Both the position numbers and the translations under genes were made by a program. Positions 8,418 through 17,442 of a stretch of DNA of 64,000 nucleotides are shown here, one piece after another. This DNA is from Thermoplasmatota archaeon. GTDB taxonomy: Archaea > Thermoplasmatota > Penumbrarchaeia > Penumbrarchaeales > Penumbrarchaeaceae. Within the stretch, counting starts at the first letter, position 1. Every line of letters starts with the position of its first letter. The stretch covers positions 1 through 64,000 of the forward strand of contig CBDDUX010000008.1 in NCBI GenBank assembly GCA_965234725.1, in the 5' to 3' direction. Under the pieces are notes generated by a model. That model was not told where the DNA came from and made no database searches. It saw only the letters and a list, made by a program, of their open reading frames with translations.

Positions 8418-9059
8418 ATGGATATTGGTCCCCCATCCACAATAGAACTTGATACGGAGATCATCTCCTCCTTCCCAAAGAGATCAAAGGTCCTGGAGAT
8501 CGCATGTGCCCATGGCAGGACAGCTTTCATAATGGAATCAATGGATCATATCGTAACGGCACTGGACATTGACCCAGCCGCTATTCACAACTCCAGGGAG
8601 TTCGGACTATCAAGGGGTAGCTCAGTCAAATTCGTAGTTGGGGATGGAAGAAAACTTCCATTCCACAGTTCTCTGTTCGATATTGTCTTGATGAACGGAT
8701 ACATGACAATGTTGACCGATAGTGAGTCGAGAGAACGATCGATCGAGGAAGCTTCAAGGGTATTGAAAGAGGGCGGGACCCTGTACCTGGCCGATTTCCT
8801 CCAAACCGATGATTCCGATATCTACCGTCAAAGGTACGAAAGACATTTCAAGATCACCGGGGAGGACCATACGTTCATAGTTACGGATACCGGAATGGAT
8901 GACGGAAATGAGCTATACAGATGCCACCATTACCTTGAATCGGAGCTGAGGTCCCTTCTGGTATCCCATTTCGATATATTGGAGTCTAAAAAGCAGGTGT
9001 TCACAAGCTTCCATGGTAATAACGTCAATGGCATCATCATCTTGGCGGTCAAGAAATGA
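8418..9059 (+). CDS. Class I SAM-dependent methyltransferase
   Basis: VLEIACAHGR motif I, ALDID, GDGRKLPF, RVLKEGG. Confidence 0.88.
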   Translation: MDIGPPSTIELDTEIISSFPKRSKVLEIACAHGRTAFIMESMDHIVTALDIDPAAIHNSREFGLSRGSSVKFVVGDGRKLPFHSSLFDIVLMNGYMTMLTDSESRERSIEEASRVLKEGGTLYLADFLQTDDSDIYRQRYERHFKITGEDHTFIVTDTGMDDGNELYRCHHYLESELRSLLVSHFDILESKKQVFTSFHGNNVNGIIILAVKK

Positions 9060-9113
9060 GATATCCAGGCTTTCCTCGAATGGAATAAATACCTCGCCTC
9101 TCTTTTGGAAGAC

Positions 9114-10136
9114 ATGGCCTCGGTCAAGGATTGGCTCCAGTTATTCAGAAGCCATACCTCTCCACTGGAGATGACCATAACGATCACCGGTTCCGCATTG
9201 GCCGTTGGAACCATTTTTGATATCAGGGTATTGTTCTTCCTGTTCTTCGGGTGGCTCTACCACAATGCTGGCTACGGCCAGAACTCTGTAGAAGATTTCC
9301 TTGGCGGTTTCGATAGGAATGATCCGAACAAGAGACACCATCCGCTTCAAAGGGGCGTGATAGACCCTGTATTTGCAAGGAATATATGCCGGTTCCTGAT
9401 AGTGATCCTATTCATCTATGGAGTGGTGATCTCGAATTTCGACCTGCTCTCAATTATTCTTCTAGCGACCCTGATCGGTATGGGGATAATCTACAACCTG
9501 TTCAACAAAGAGCTGACAGGGAAATTCATCCCGATCGCATTGGCCCATTCCCTTCTTCTTCCCTTTGTTTACTTCGGGTCTGGTGGTACCATCGACATAT
9601 CAGCCACCGCTCCCTACATATCCGGACCGGAAACACGCGCAGCAATATTGCTCTGGGGATATCTTCTGCTCCAGGTGATCTATCAGATAATGATAGAAGG
9701 GGACCTCAAGGATATCGATATGGACGAGGCATCCATGCTTCGGTCCCTGGGAGTATATGTGAGGGATGGGATTTTGTACTGCTCCAGACTTGCAAGGGGG
9801 GTATCATTCTTCCTGAAGGCCTCCTCCATCATGATATTATTCCTGGTGCTATCGACTTTGAACGGTACTGTCGATAATTATATTGGAGCATTATTATTCT
9901 CTGCTGCCCTCCTTGCACTGGACCAAGGATTGATGGGTGCAGGACCGTGGGACCATTCAAAATGCCTTAAGAGAATGTCATTGATGGAAGTTACCTCGAC
10001 CTTTGCACTGGCAGTTGTCATCGCTCCGGTTATTGGAGGATGGATCCCGGCCTTGTTGATCATGGCCTTCAATATGATCTACTTCATCCTTATGAACAGG
10101 TTCCTGTGGGGGACCTTGATAAAACCAAGGGTCTAA
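9114..10136 (+). CDS. UbiA family prenyltransferase
   Basis: Multi-pass membrane protein; NSVED...FDRNDPNKRHHPL and DLKDIDMD acidic motifs. Confidence 0.8.
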   Translation: MASVKDWLQLFRSHTSPLEMTITITGSALAVGTIFDIRVLFFLFFGWLYHNAGYGQNSVEDFLGGFDRNDPNKRHHPLQRGVIDPVFARNICRFLIVILFIYGVVISNFDLLSIILLATLIGMGIIYNLFNKELTGKFIPIALAHSLLLPFVYFGSGGTIDISATAPYISGPETRAAILLWGYLLLQVIYQIMIEGDLKDIDMDEASMLRSLGVYVRDGILYCSRLARGVSFFLKASSIMILFLVLSTLNGTVDNYIGALLFSAALLALDQGLMGAGPWDHSKCLKRMSLMEVTSTFALAVVIAPVIGGWIPALLIMAFNMIYFILMNRFLWGTLIKPRV

Positions 10137-13100
10137 AGGTATCTATCGTCACGATTGTACTTGATCTCCGGAAGAAGCATATCCGTTATATCTTCAACAG
10201 AGTCCTTTATATCCACGTCAAGGGCCTTTGCAAGATCCTTGAGTATCTCCCAGTTCTCCTTATGTGGGGAAAGCGCCTTATTTATCCTGCAAAGCCTTCG
10301 ATCTGTTGTAAGAACGGTCCCGTCATTCTCGTAGTTGACGGACCTGGGGATCACGACGTCAGCTTCCGGGAATGGGTCCAGAGTCCTCTGTATTGCAAGG
10401 AACCTGCATGATCTGGGTCGCTTGAAATCATCCGGAGGATAACCGAACATTAGAATGTTCTTTTTCGACAGGCCATCAAGTTCCCGAAGTGTGATCCTCT
10501 GAATGTTCAGGTCGCTGATGCCTTGGCTGTTGGACCCTCTTTTTAAAACTATCATCTGCGCTTCGGTTATTTGTTTGAATAGAGCTATGCGCCTGGATTC
10601 CTCTCGTCCAACCATCCCGAATATTATCAATCCATCATCAGATGAAAGTGTCTTTGCTAATTTTGCAAGGTCATCGTATGATTCTCCGGACCTCACCTCT
10701 ATGGCTTCCCTGGAAAGAACGGCAAGTTCGTTCAGGAGTTCCTGCTCGCTGTAATTGATCAGATCGTATGCCTGTCCTGATATCAGCTGCTCCCTGGAGG
10801 CGGTTGCTATGAGACCATCAAGGAAGCCTATGCCAGCGTGGTCCAGTGTCCTTGCCCCCTCTATCCTGTGGGGTTTGTCACCCACAATCAGTACATCCAC
10901 ACCATCATTTGCAGCCTGCCTTACCTTGACTCCTGCCACGGAGAACCTGTTCACGAGGTCGGTATTGTAAACCATTATCAGGTCCTGTTTATTGATATCA
11001 TCGAAGGTAATGGTGGAACCAGAATTCCCAAGGACAGGGGTAAGACCATCGCATGTCTCGTGATCGTCCACTATCAGGTAGATCTCCCCACCAAGCTTCC
11101 TCACGATCTCCCTTGCAATGAAAGCCTCTTCGTTGGTGCACGTCGGTCTGAGGATGATCTGAGGTTCTTCCTTCAACTTTTCTGCCATGCTGGATATGGC
11201 CTCAGACCATTTCATATCCTTCCAGATACTGTCCTTTTTCATTCTTGGAAGAGTGAATCTCCGGGGATCGTTCATCCATTCATAGTCGAACCTGCCTGTC
11301 TCGCACATGTGGATGTCGTTCCAGCCGTGTTCCTTGGGTGTTATCTTGTATATGATGTCATTGACGGTATGGACATTGATCGTGCATCCCACGGAGCATC
11401 TTGTGCACACAGAGTGTGTGACCTTGGATTTGAAAGGCCCTGGCCTCTCCAAAGGTATCTTCTCAGTAAGTGCCCCTACAGGACAGGCAGCCACACAATC
11501 TCCACAGGATATGCAATCTGTCTCGGAGAGGGGCTTGTCAAGTGCAGGTGCGATCCTGGCATCAAAACCTCTATCAACGAATCCGTAGACTGAGATCCCT
11601 CTGGACCTGTCGCATACCTCAACACACTTTCCGCATTTTACACACTTGTTCGCTTCCCTGAGAATGAACCTATGGCTATCATCCTTGGGGTGATCGTGTG
11701 TACCACCCATGAACCGTTGCGGGTCGATCTGGTAATCGTTCATATAGCCCTTCAGCTTGCATTCGAACAGGTCCTGACAACCACAGGACATGCACCTGGA
11801 GGCTTCTTCAATAGCTTCTTCTGGGGTGAATCCGAGGTCCACCTCAACGAAATTCCTCTTCCTTGCTTCAGGTTCAAGGAAACTGGGTTCCTTCCTTTCC
11901 TTCCTCAGAACATCCTTGAACAGTCCTTCGTGAACATTTCTCCTGGTGGAGACCACATCCTTCTCTGCAGGAAAGACCTCACCTCGAAGCATGCAGTCTA
12001 TAGCCTCAGATGCCTTTCTTCCCATGTATACCGCATCGACGACCAAAGATGGTCCCTTCACCAGGTCCCCGCCAGCAAAGACCTTCTTTCTATTGGTCTT
12101 GTAAATAGGCATCTTAACATTCACCGTTCCCCATTTGGTCTGGTCAACCTGCTCCTCGGAGATGATCCCCTTCTGGATGTCCTGTCCGATGGCCTTTATG
12201 ATCGTATCGGCTTTCAGTTCGAATTCCGAGCCATCGATGGGTCTCGGTCTTCTTCTACCAGTGTCATCCGGTTCTCCCAATTCCATCCTTATGCTTTTCA
12301 GAGCAAGGAGTTTTCCTTCCTCTATCCGAAATCCAATTGGTGCAGCCAGGAACTCGAAGCACACTCCTTCTTCCCTTGCATCGGTTATCTCCGCATCCTC
12401 GGCTGGCATCTCATCCTCGGTCCTTCTGTAGAGTATGGTGGCATTGCACCCCATTCTGAGGGCCACCCTGGCTGCATCGATGGCAGTATTGCCTCCTCCG
12501 ACGACGATGACATCTTTTCCTATATGTGACGGTTTTCCCATTGCAACATCACATAGGTAATCGATCCCACCGATAACGGAGGGATGGTCCTCTCCTTCGA
12601 GTCTGAGGGATTTCGATCTCCAGGCCCCTATCCCAAGGAAAACGGCATCGTAGTCCTTTTCCAGGTCATCAAGGCGGACCTTATCTCCCAGTCTGTGATT
12701 GGTCCTGACCTCGATACCCAGACCGGTAATGGAGGCGATCTCCTTGTCCAGGATCCTTTTCGGCAGTCTGTATTCGGGGATACCATAGCGCAACATTCCT
12801 CCCAGTGCCGGCATCTGATCGAATATTGTAACAGCATGCCCGCTCAGTCTCAGGTAATATGCGCAGGATAGACCGGCAGGTCCTCCGCCGACCACCGCGA
12901 TCCTTTTTCCCGTATCATGAGGGATCTCCGGCATGAAAGGACCGTTTTCCAGGTCCCAGTCTGACACGAATCTCTTCAGGTTCTTTATGGATATGGGTTT
13001 ATCGACATTTTCACGCCTGCAGTCATCTTCACAGGGGTGCGGACAGACCCTTCCAAGGGATGCCGGGAGGGGGATCCTCCTTCTGAGGATCTCTATTGAT

Positions 13101-13483
13101 GTTTTGAACTCCCCGTTGGCTATTGCATTGACATAACCTTGTACATCGGCATGTGCCGGACATTTCCAGTGGCACGGGGGCTTGCAGTCCGCATTATGAT
13201 CGGATAACAGGAGTTCCAGACCTGTCTTTCTTGCCCTGTAGACGTTCTCGCTGTCAAGGCGGATCTTGAGACCGTCCCTGACCTTGGTTCCGCAAGCGGG
13301 AACGAACCTCGGGAGCCCTTCTACCTCAACCACGCAGATGAAACAAGATGTGAACGGTTTCTCCCTTCTGCTTTCCCTGCAGAGAGTGGGGATCTCCATC
13401 CCGGCCTGTTCGCAGGCCTCCAGGACCGTAATATCCTTGGACACCATATATTTCCTGTTGTTGATACTGATCTCGCATGTCAC
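10133..13483 (-). CDS. StnC/NsoC-like large subunit: [2Fe-2S] + GltD/NfnB-like FAD/NADP domain + NuoG-like Fe-S + degenerate molybdopterin-oxidoreductase domain
   Basis: IPTLC..CFICVVE..PAC; GRVCPHPCE; GGGPAG; GGGNTAID; CVKCGKC/CISCGDC; CTRCSVGC; GTG start at 13483 after GAGGTGA overlapping the upstream stop. Confidence 0.88.
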   Translation of the reverse strand: MTCEISINNRKYMVSKDITVLEACEQAGMEIPTLCRESRREKPFTSCFICVVEVEGLPRFVPACGTKVRDGLKIRLDSENVYRARKTGLELLLSDHNADCKPPCHWKCPAHADVQGYVNAIANGEFKTSIEILRRRIPLPASLGRVCPHPCEDDCRRENVDKPISIKNLKRFVSDWDLENGPFMPEIPHDTGKRIAVVGGGPAGLSCAYYLRLSGHAVTIFDQMPALGGMLRYGIPEYRLPKRILDKEIASITGLGIEVRTNHRLGDKVRLDDLEKDYDAVFLGIGAWRSKSLRLEGEDHPSVIGGIDYLCDVAMGKPSHIGKDVIVVGGGNTAIDAARVALRMGCNATILYRRTEDEMPAEDAEITDAREEGVCFEFLAAPIGFRIEEGKLLALKSIRMELGEPDDTGRRRPRPIDGSEFELKADTIIKAIGQDIQKGIISEEQVDQTKWGTVNVKMPIYKTNRKKVFAGGDLVKGPSLVVDAVYMGRKASEAIDCMLRGEVFPAEKDVVSTRRNVHEGLFKDVLRKERKEPSFLEPEARKRNFVEVDLGFTPEEAIEEASRCMSCGCQDLFECKLKGYMNDYQIDPQRFMGGTHDHPKDDSHRFILREANKCVKCGKCVEVCDRSRGISVYGFVDRGFDARIAPALDKPLSETDCISCGDCVAACPVGALTEKIPLERPGPFKSKVTHSVCTRCSVGCTINVHTVNDIIYKITPKEHGWNDIHMCETGRFDYEWMNDPRRFTLPRMKKDSIWKDMKWSEAISSMAEKLKEEPQIILRPTCTNEEAFIAREIVRKLGGEIYLIVDDHETCDGLTPVLGNSGSTITFDDINKQDLIMVYNTDLVNRFSVAGVKVRQAANDGVDVLIVGDKPHRIEGARTLDHAGIGFLDGLIATASREQLISGQAYDLINYSEQELLNELAVLSREAIEVRSGESYDDLAKLAKTLSSDDGLIIFGMVGREESRRIALFKQITEAQMIVLKRGSNSQGISDLNIQRITLRELDGLSKKNILMFGYPPDDFKRPRSCRFLAIQRTLDPFPEADVVIPRSVNYENDGTVLTTDRRLCRINKALSPHKENWEILKDLAKALDVDIKDSVEDITDMLLPEIKYNRDDRYL

Positions 13484-13488
13484 CCGTA

Positions 13489-15264
13489 TCACCTCGTCCT
13501 CACTGCATTGAATGGACAAACCGCTCTGCAGGACCCGCATCTGATGCATTTTTCCTGGTCGATCTCATGTTTGACACCTTTACTGCCTGAGATGGCATCC
13601 GTGGGGCAGGCCTTTTTGCATAGTCCGCAGGCTTTGCAAACCTCAATGTCGATATGGAATGTCGTCAGTGCCTTGCAGACACCTGCAGGACATTTCTTAT
13701 CCTTGATATGGGTCTTGTATTCGTCCTTGAAATATCGGATGGTTGTAAGGACCGGATTCGGGGCTCCCTGCCCGAGACCGCAGAGGGATGTCCGCTTTAT
13801 AAGATCGGCAAGGTCCAGAAGTTCATCCATGTCTTCTTCCTTTCCCTCTCCCCTTGTTATCCTCTCCAGGATCTCCAGCATCCTGAGGGTGCCTATCCTG
13901 CAGAATGTACACTTCCCGCAGGATTCCTTCTGGGTGAAGCTGAGGAAATATCTGGCAACCTCCACCATGCAGGTGTTCTCGTCCATAATCACCATTCCTC
14001 CGCTTCCCATGATAGCCCCGGTTGCTGTGATGGAATCGTAGTCAATGGTGGTATCAAGCAAGTGCTCGGGAATGCATCCTCCCGAGGGTCCCCCCATCTG
14101 GACCCCTTTGAACTTCTTGTTCCCGGGTATTCCACCCCCCACATCGAAAATGACCTCTCTCAGAGTAATTCCCATGGGGACCTCAACAAGACCTCCACGG
14201 TTGATGTTCCCTGCAAGGGAGAACACCTTGGTCCCCTTGGCGTTCTTCGTTCCGAAAGACTGGAATTCCTTGGCCCCTTCAATAATTATCCAGGGTATGT
14301 TTGCATATGTCTCCACATTGTTGTTGTTCGTAGGTTTTCCGAAGAGACCCGCTTCCGCCGGGAACGGAGGTCTGATCCTGGGCATGCCCCTCTCACCCTC
14401 GATAGAGGCGATCAGAGCCGTTTCTTCACCGCAAACAAAGGCCCCGGCTCCTTCCTTGAGCTTGAGTCTGAAATCGAAACCGGTCTGGAGTATGTTCTCT
14501 CCGAGGAAACCCTTTTCCTCCGCTTCCCTGATGGCGATCTTCAACCTGTGGATAGCAAGGGGATATTCTGCTCTGGCATAGATGTATCCCTCCCTTGCTC
14601 CGATAGCATAAGCTGCAATTACCATTCCTTCAAGGACCGAATGTGGATCCCCTTCCAGGAGATTTCTATCCATGAAAGCCCCTGGGTCGCCCTCGTCCGC
14701 ATTGCAGATAAGGTACTTCACATCTCCCTTTGCCTTTTTCGCGAATGACCATTTCAATCCCGTGGGGAATCCGGCTCCACCTCTGCCTCGTAGTCCGGAA
14801 TCCATGACCTCCTGGATGACCTGGTCTGGTGTCATCTCCTTGATAGCCTTCTCCAGAGCCTTGTATCCGCCATTAGCCATGTAATCTGTTATGGATTCCG
14901 GGTCTATGGTCCCGGTGTTCCTCAAAGCTATCCTCTGTTGTTTGGCGAAAATGGGCTTTTCCGCAGCTTTTGCCGTTGTCGAGAGTTCTTCCACAAGCCA
15001 TTTGTCGATCGGTTTTCCATTGATCACATGCTCATCAATTATCCTATCCACTCTTGAACTGTCCACCTTCCGGTAAACGAATCTCTCACCATCTTGGTGG
15101 ATCTCTATAATGGGTTCATCGAAGCAAAGGCCGATGCATCCGGTGATGCTTATCTCAACTCCTTCGATCCCTTCTACCCGCTCTTTGATCCTTTCAAGGA
15201 CCTTTCTTGCTCCGGCAGCTATTCCACAAGAAGCGTATCCGACCAGGATCCTGGTATCACTCAT
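13489..15264 (-). CDS. NuoF/HydB/StnB-like NADH-binding FMN Fe-S subunit
   Basis: GLRGRGGAGFPTG, NADEGDPGAFMD, CGEETAL, ESCGKCTFCR, SLCGLG, C-terminal 2x[4Fe-4S]. Confidence 0.95.
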   Translation of the reverse strand: MSDTRILVGYASCGIAAGARKVLERIKERVEGIEGVEISITGCIGLCFDEPIIEIHQDGERFVYRKVDSSRVDRIIDEHVINGKPIDKWLVEELSTTAKAAEKPIFAKQQRIALRNTGTIDPESITDYMANGGYKALEKAIKEMTPDQVIQEVMDSGLRGRGGAGFPTGLKWSFAKKAKGDVKYLICNADEGDPGAFMDRNLLEGDPHSVLEGMVIAAYAIGAREGYIYARAEYPLAIHRLKIAIREAEEKGFLGENILQTGFDFRLKLKEGAGAFVCGEETALIASIEGERGMPRIRPPFPAEAGLFGKPTNNNNVETYANIPWIIIEGAKEFQSFGTKNAKGTKVFSLAGNINRGGLVEVPMGITLREVIFDVGGGIPGNKKFKGVQMGGPSGGCIPEHLLDTTIDYDSITATGAIMGSGGMVIMDENTCMVEVARYFLSFTQKESCGKCTFCRIGTLRMLEILERITRGEGKEEDMDELLDLADLIKRTSLCGLGQGAPNPVLTTIRYFKDEYKTHIKDKKCPAGVCKALTTFHIDIEVCKACGLCKKACPTDAISGSKGVKHEIDQEKCIRCGSCRAVCPFNAVRTR

Positions 15265-15736
15265 TGGTCCCGCCTCCTTTCCTGTGATCGTCGATGATTC
15301 CCTTCATTTTCTCGATGGTAAGGCTGCCATAGGTAGTGTCATCTATCATCATCACAGGTGCCAGGGAACAACACCCGAGACAGGCTACCTGCTCCAATGT
15401 GAAGTTGCCGTCCTCGGTAGTATCTTCTTCTTTAAGTTTCAGATAGCCCTTCAGAGCAGTTATCAATGTCTCCGACCCTTTGACATGACACGCGGTCCCA
15501 TCGCAGATCTTGATCAGATGTTTTCCAACCGGTTGGAGTCTGAACTGGGCGTAGAAGGTTGCAACCCCGTAGGTCTTGGAGGCTGGTATGGAAAGGACCT
15601 CCTCAATAACCTGGAATGATTCCTCCGGCAGATGTCCGTATTCATCCTGAACCGCCTGGAGGACTGGTATCGTTGCTCCTTTCATTCCCTTGAAGGGTGA
15701 GATCAGTTCCAGAAGTCGCTCCCTAGATATATCCAT
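15257..15736 (-). CDS. NuoE/HydC/StnA-like [2Fe-2S] subunit
   Basis: GVATFYAQF, CDGTACH, CLGCC; GAGGTGG RBS before ATG 15736. Confidence 0.95.
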   Translation of the reverse strand: MDISRERLLELISPFKGMKGATIPVLQAVQDEYGHLPEESFQVIEEVLSIPASKTYGVATFYAQFRLQPVGKHLIKICDGTACHVKGSETLITALKGYLKLKEEDTTEDGNFTLEQVACLGCCSLAPVMMIDDTTYGSLTIEKMKGIIDDHRKGGGTNE

Positions 15737-16165
15737 CGTTCCACCTCGGGAGACCCGAACCAGGGTATCCGGGGCTTCAATACTGAATTGATACATAAAT
15801 GAAACCCTACACCTTACCATTTACCTGTATTGATGCCCGGTAGACATATCTCAATAATTGTTCCTGAGAACAGAACCCTGCCAAAGAGGGCTGGTAATTA
15901 CAAAAAACCAAATATGATGTTTATTTTTTCACAATGTAACATGGATTTGATCGTAGGATGGCAATATATGGGACATATGGTAAATCCAATCTTTCAGAGC
16001 AAAATTACTTATTCTTATATCTCAAATTTCAGGAATGTAACTGGTAGATGTTTTAATGGATAACTTTCAACACTTGGACAGTATCTATGTTTGATATCTG
16101 TAATAATGTAAAATATACCATCTAAAAATATAAATAATCATTACCCGTTGGACAAAATGATACAT

Positions 16166-16594
16166 ATGGAAGATAAAATCAGGAGTGAATCAAAGGAGGT
16201 TCTAACTTCGGGGACCTTCCTCCGGTCCTACTGTCCGCATTGTGAGAGGTCCTTGATCGAGAAGAATCAGCTGAAGCTGACGGTCGTTATGAAGAAAGGA
16301 GAGAAGGGCGCACTCCTTCTCTCACCCTACTTGAACGTCTTTACAAGCAGGGCATCCATAAATATTCCGGATATGGAGACTGTAAAGGACCTGAAATGCC
16401 CCCACTGCACAAGGTCACTGATGGTCAAGGACCAGAACTGCCCTCGCTGCGGATCGGAGATCGCAAAGATCAAGGTGGCAGCCATGTCCAAGATGATAGA
16501 CTTCCACATTTGTTCCAAGAAAGGCTGCACCTGGCACGGGATCAGTGCAGAAGACCTCCAGGACATCATACTCGAAGACAGCGAAGAATGGTAG
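16166..16594 (+). CDS. Uncharacterised Cys-rich protein, paralogous to the N-terminal extension of the downstream NfnB
   Basis: CPHC..LSPYL..CPHC..CPRC..CSKKGCTWHG. Confidence 0.85.
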   Translation: MEDKIRSESKEVLTSGTFLRSYCPHCERSLIEKNQLKLTVVMKKGEKGALLLSPYLNVFTSRASINIPDMETVKDLKCPHCTRSLMVKDQNCPRCGSEIAKIKVAAMSKMIDFHICSKKGCTWHGISAEDLQDIILEDSEEW

Positions 16595-16604
16595 GGGTGT
16601 TGTG

Positions 16605-17438
16605 GTGTTCGAGATAGTGAATAAGGAGGAGATGGCCAAGGGGACCATAGTCAGGTTCGATATCAGGGCTCCCAAGATAGCTGAAAAAGTGAAGCCCGGT
16701 CAGTTCGTGATTATCAGGATGAATGAGGAGGGGGAGAGGATCCCCCTCACCGTCGCGGATTCGGATAAGTACAGGGGAACCATTACGATAATATTCCAGG
16801 TAGTGGGGAAGTCCACGGCCATGATGAGGTCCATGTCAATAGGGGATTACATCAGGGACATCGCAGGACCTCTCGGCAAGGCCGCTGAAATTGATACGAA
16901 GGGGACCGTTATACTGGTGGGAGGGGGCACGGGAGTCGCCATTCTTCACCATCTGACCAAAGCCTTCAGGGCGAATGGCAACTATATCATCGGGATCATC
17001 GGAGCCAAGACCAAGGACCTGATTATCCTTGAAAAGGAAATGAGAGAACTCTGCGACGAGCTTGTAGTTACAACCGACGACGGCAGCTACGAACATAGGG
17101 GATTCGTGACCGATCCTCTAAAGAGATACATGGAAGAGAGGTACGATATAGAACTGGTCTACGCCATTGGACCTCTGATCATGATGAAGATCATCTGCAA
17201 ACTGACCAAGGAATACAAGATAAAGACCATGGTATCTTTGAATCCCGTAATGATAGACGGAACAGGGATGTGTGGTGGTTGCAGGGTATCCATTGACGGA
17301 AAGACCAAGTTCTGTTGTGTGGACGGACCCGATTTCGATGGACATCTCGTTGATTTCGATGAACTGATGAAGAGGAATCAGATGTATATAAAAGAAGAGA
17401 AGGACTCCCTCCTTTCCGCAATTACATTGAAGAGGTGA
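16605..17438 (+). CDS. nfnA: NfnA/SudB-like ferredoxin:NAD(P) reductase small subunit
   Basis: PGQFVI, GERIPLT, GPLG, GGGTG, DGTGMCGGCR, CVDGPDF; GTG start. Confidence 0.92.
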   Translation: MFEIVNKEEMAKGTIVRFDIRAPKIAEKVKPGQFVIIRMNEEGERIPLTVADSDKYRGTITIIFQVVGKSTAMMRSMSIGDYIRDIAGPLGKAAEIDTKGTVILVGGGTGVAILHHLTKAFRANGNYIIGIIGAKTKDLIILEKEMRELCDELVVTTDDGSYEHRGFVTDPLKRYMEERYDIELVYAIGPLIMMKIICKLTKEYKIKTMVSLNPVMIDGTGMCGGCRVSIDGKTKFCCVDGPDFDGHLVDFDELMKRNQMYIKEEKDSLLSAITLKR

Positions 17439-17442
17439 TCCC

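Noticed and set aside
10133-15736. Calling the trimer a respiratory complex I module, [FeFe]-hydrogenase or formate dehydrogenase
   Set aside because: No membrane Nuo subunits nearby, no H-cluster motifs, and the molybdopterin-type domain is shortened with no evident Cys/Sec metal ligand.
15917-15934. Rex-box-like sequence ATGTTTATTTTTTCACAA in the divergent spacer
   Set aside because: Three mismatches in the left arm, AT-rich background, and no Rex gene in the window.
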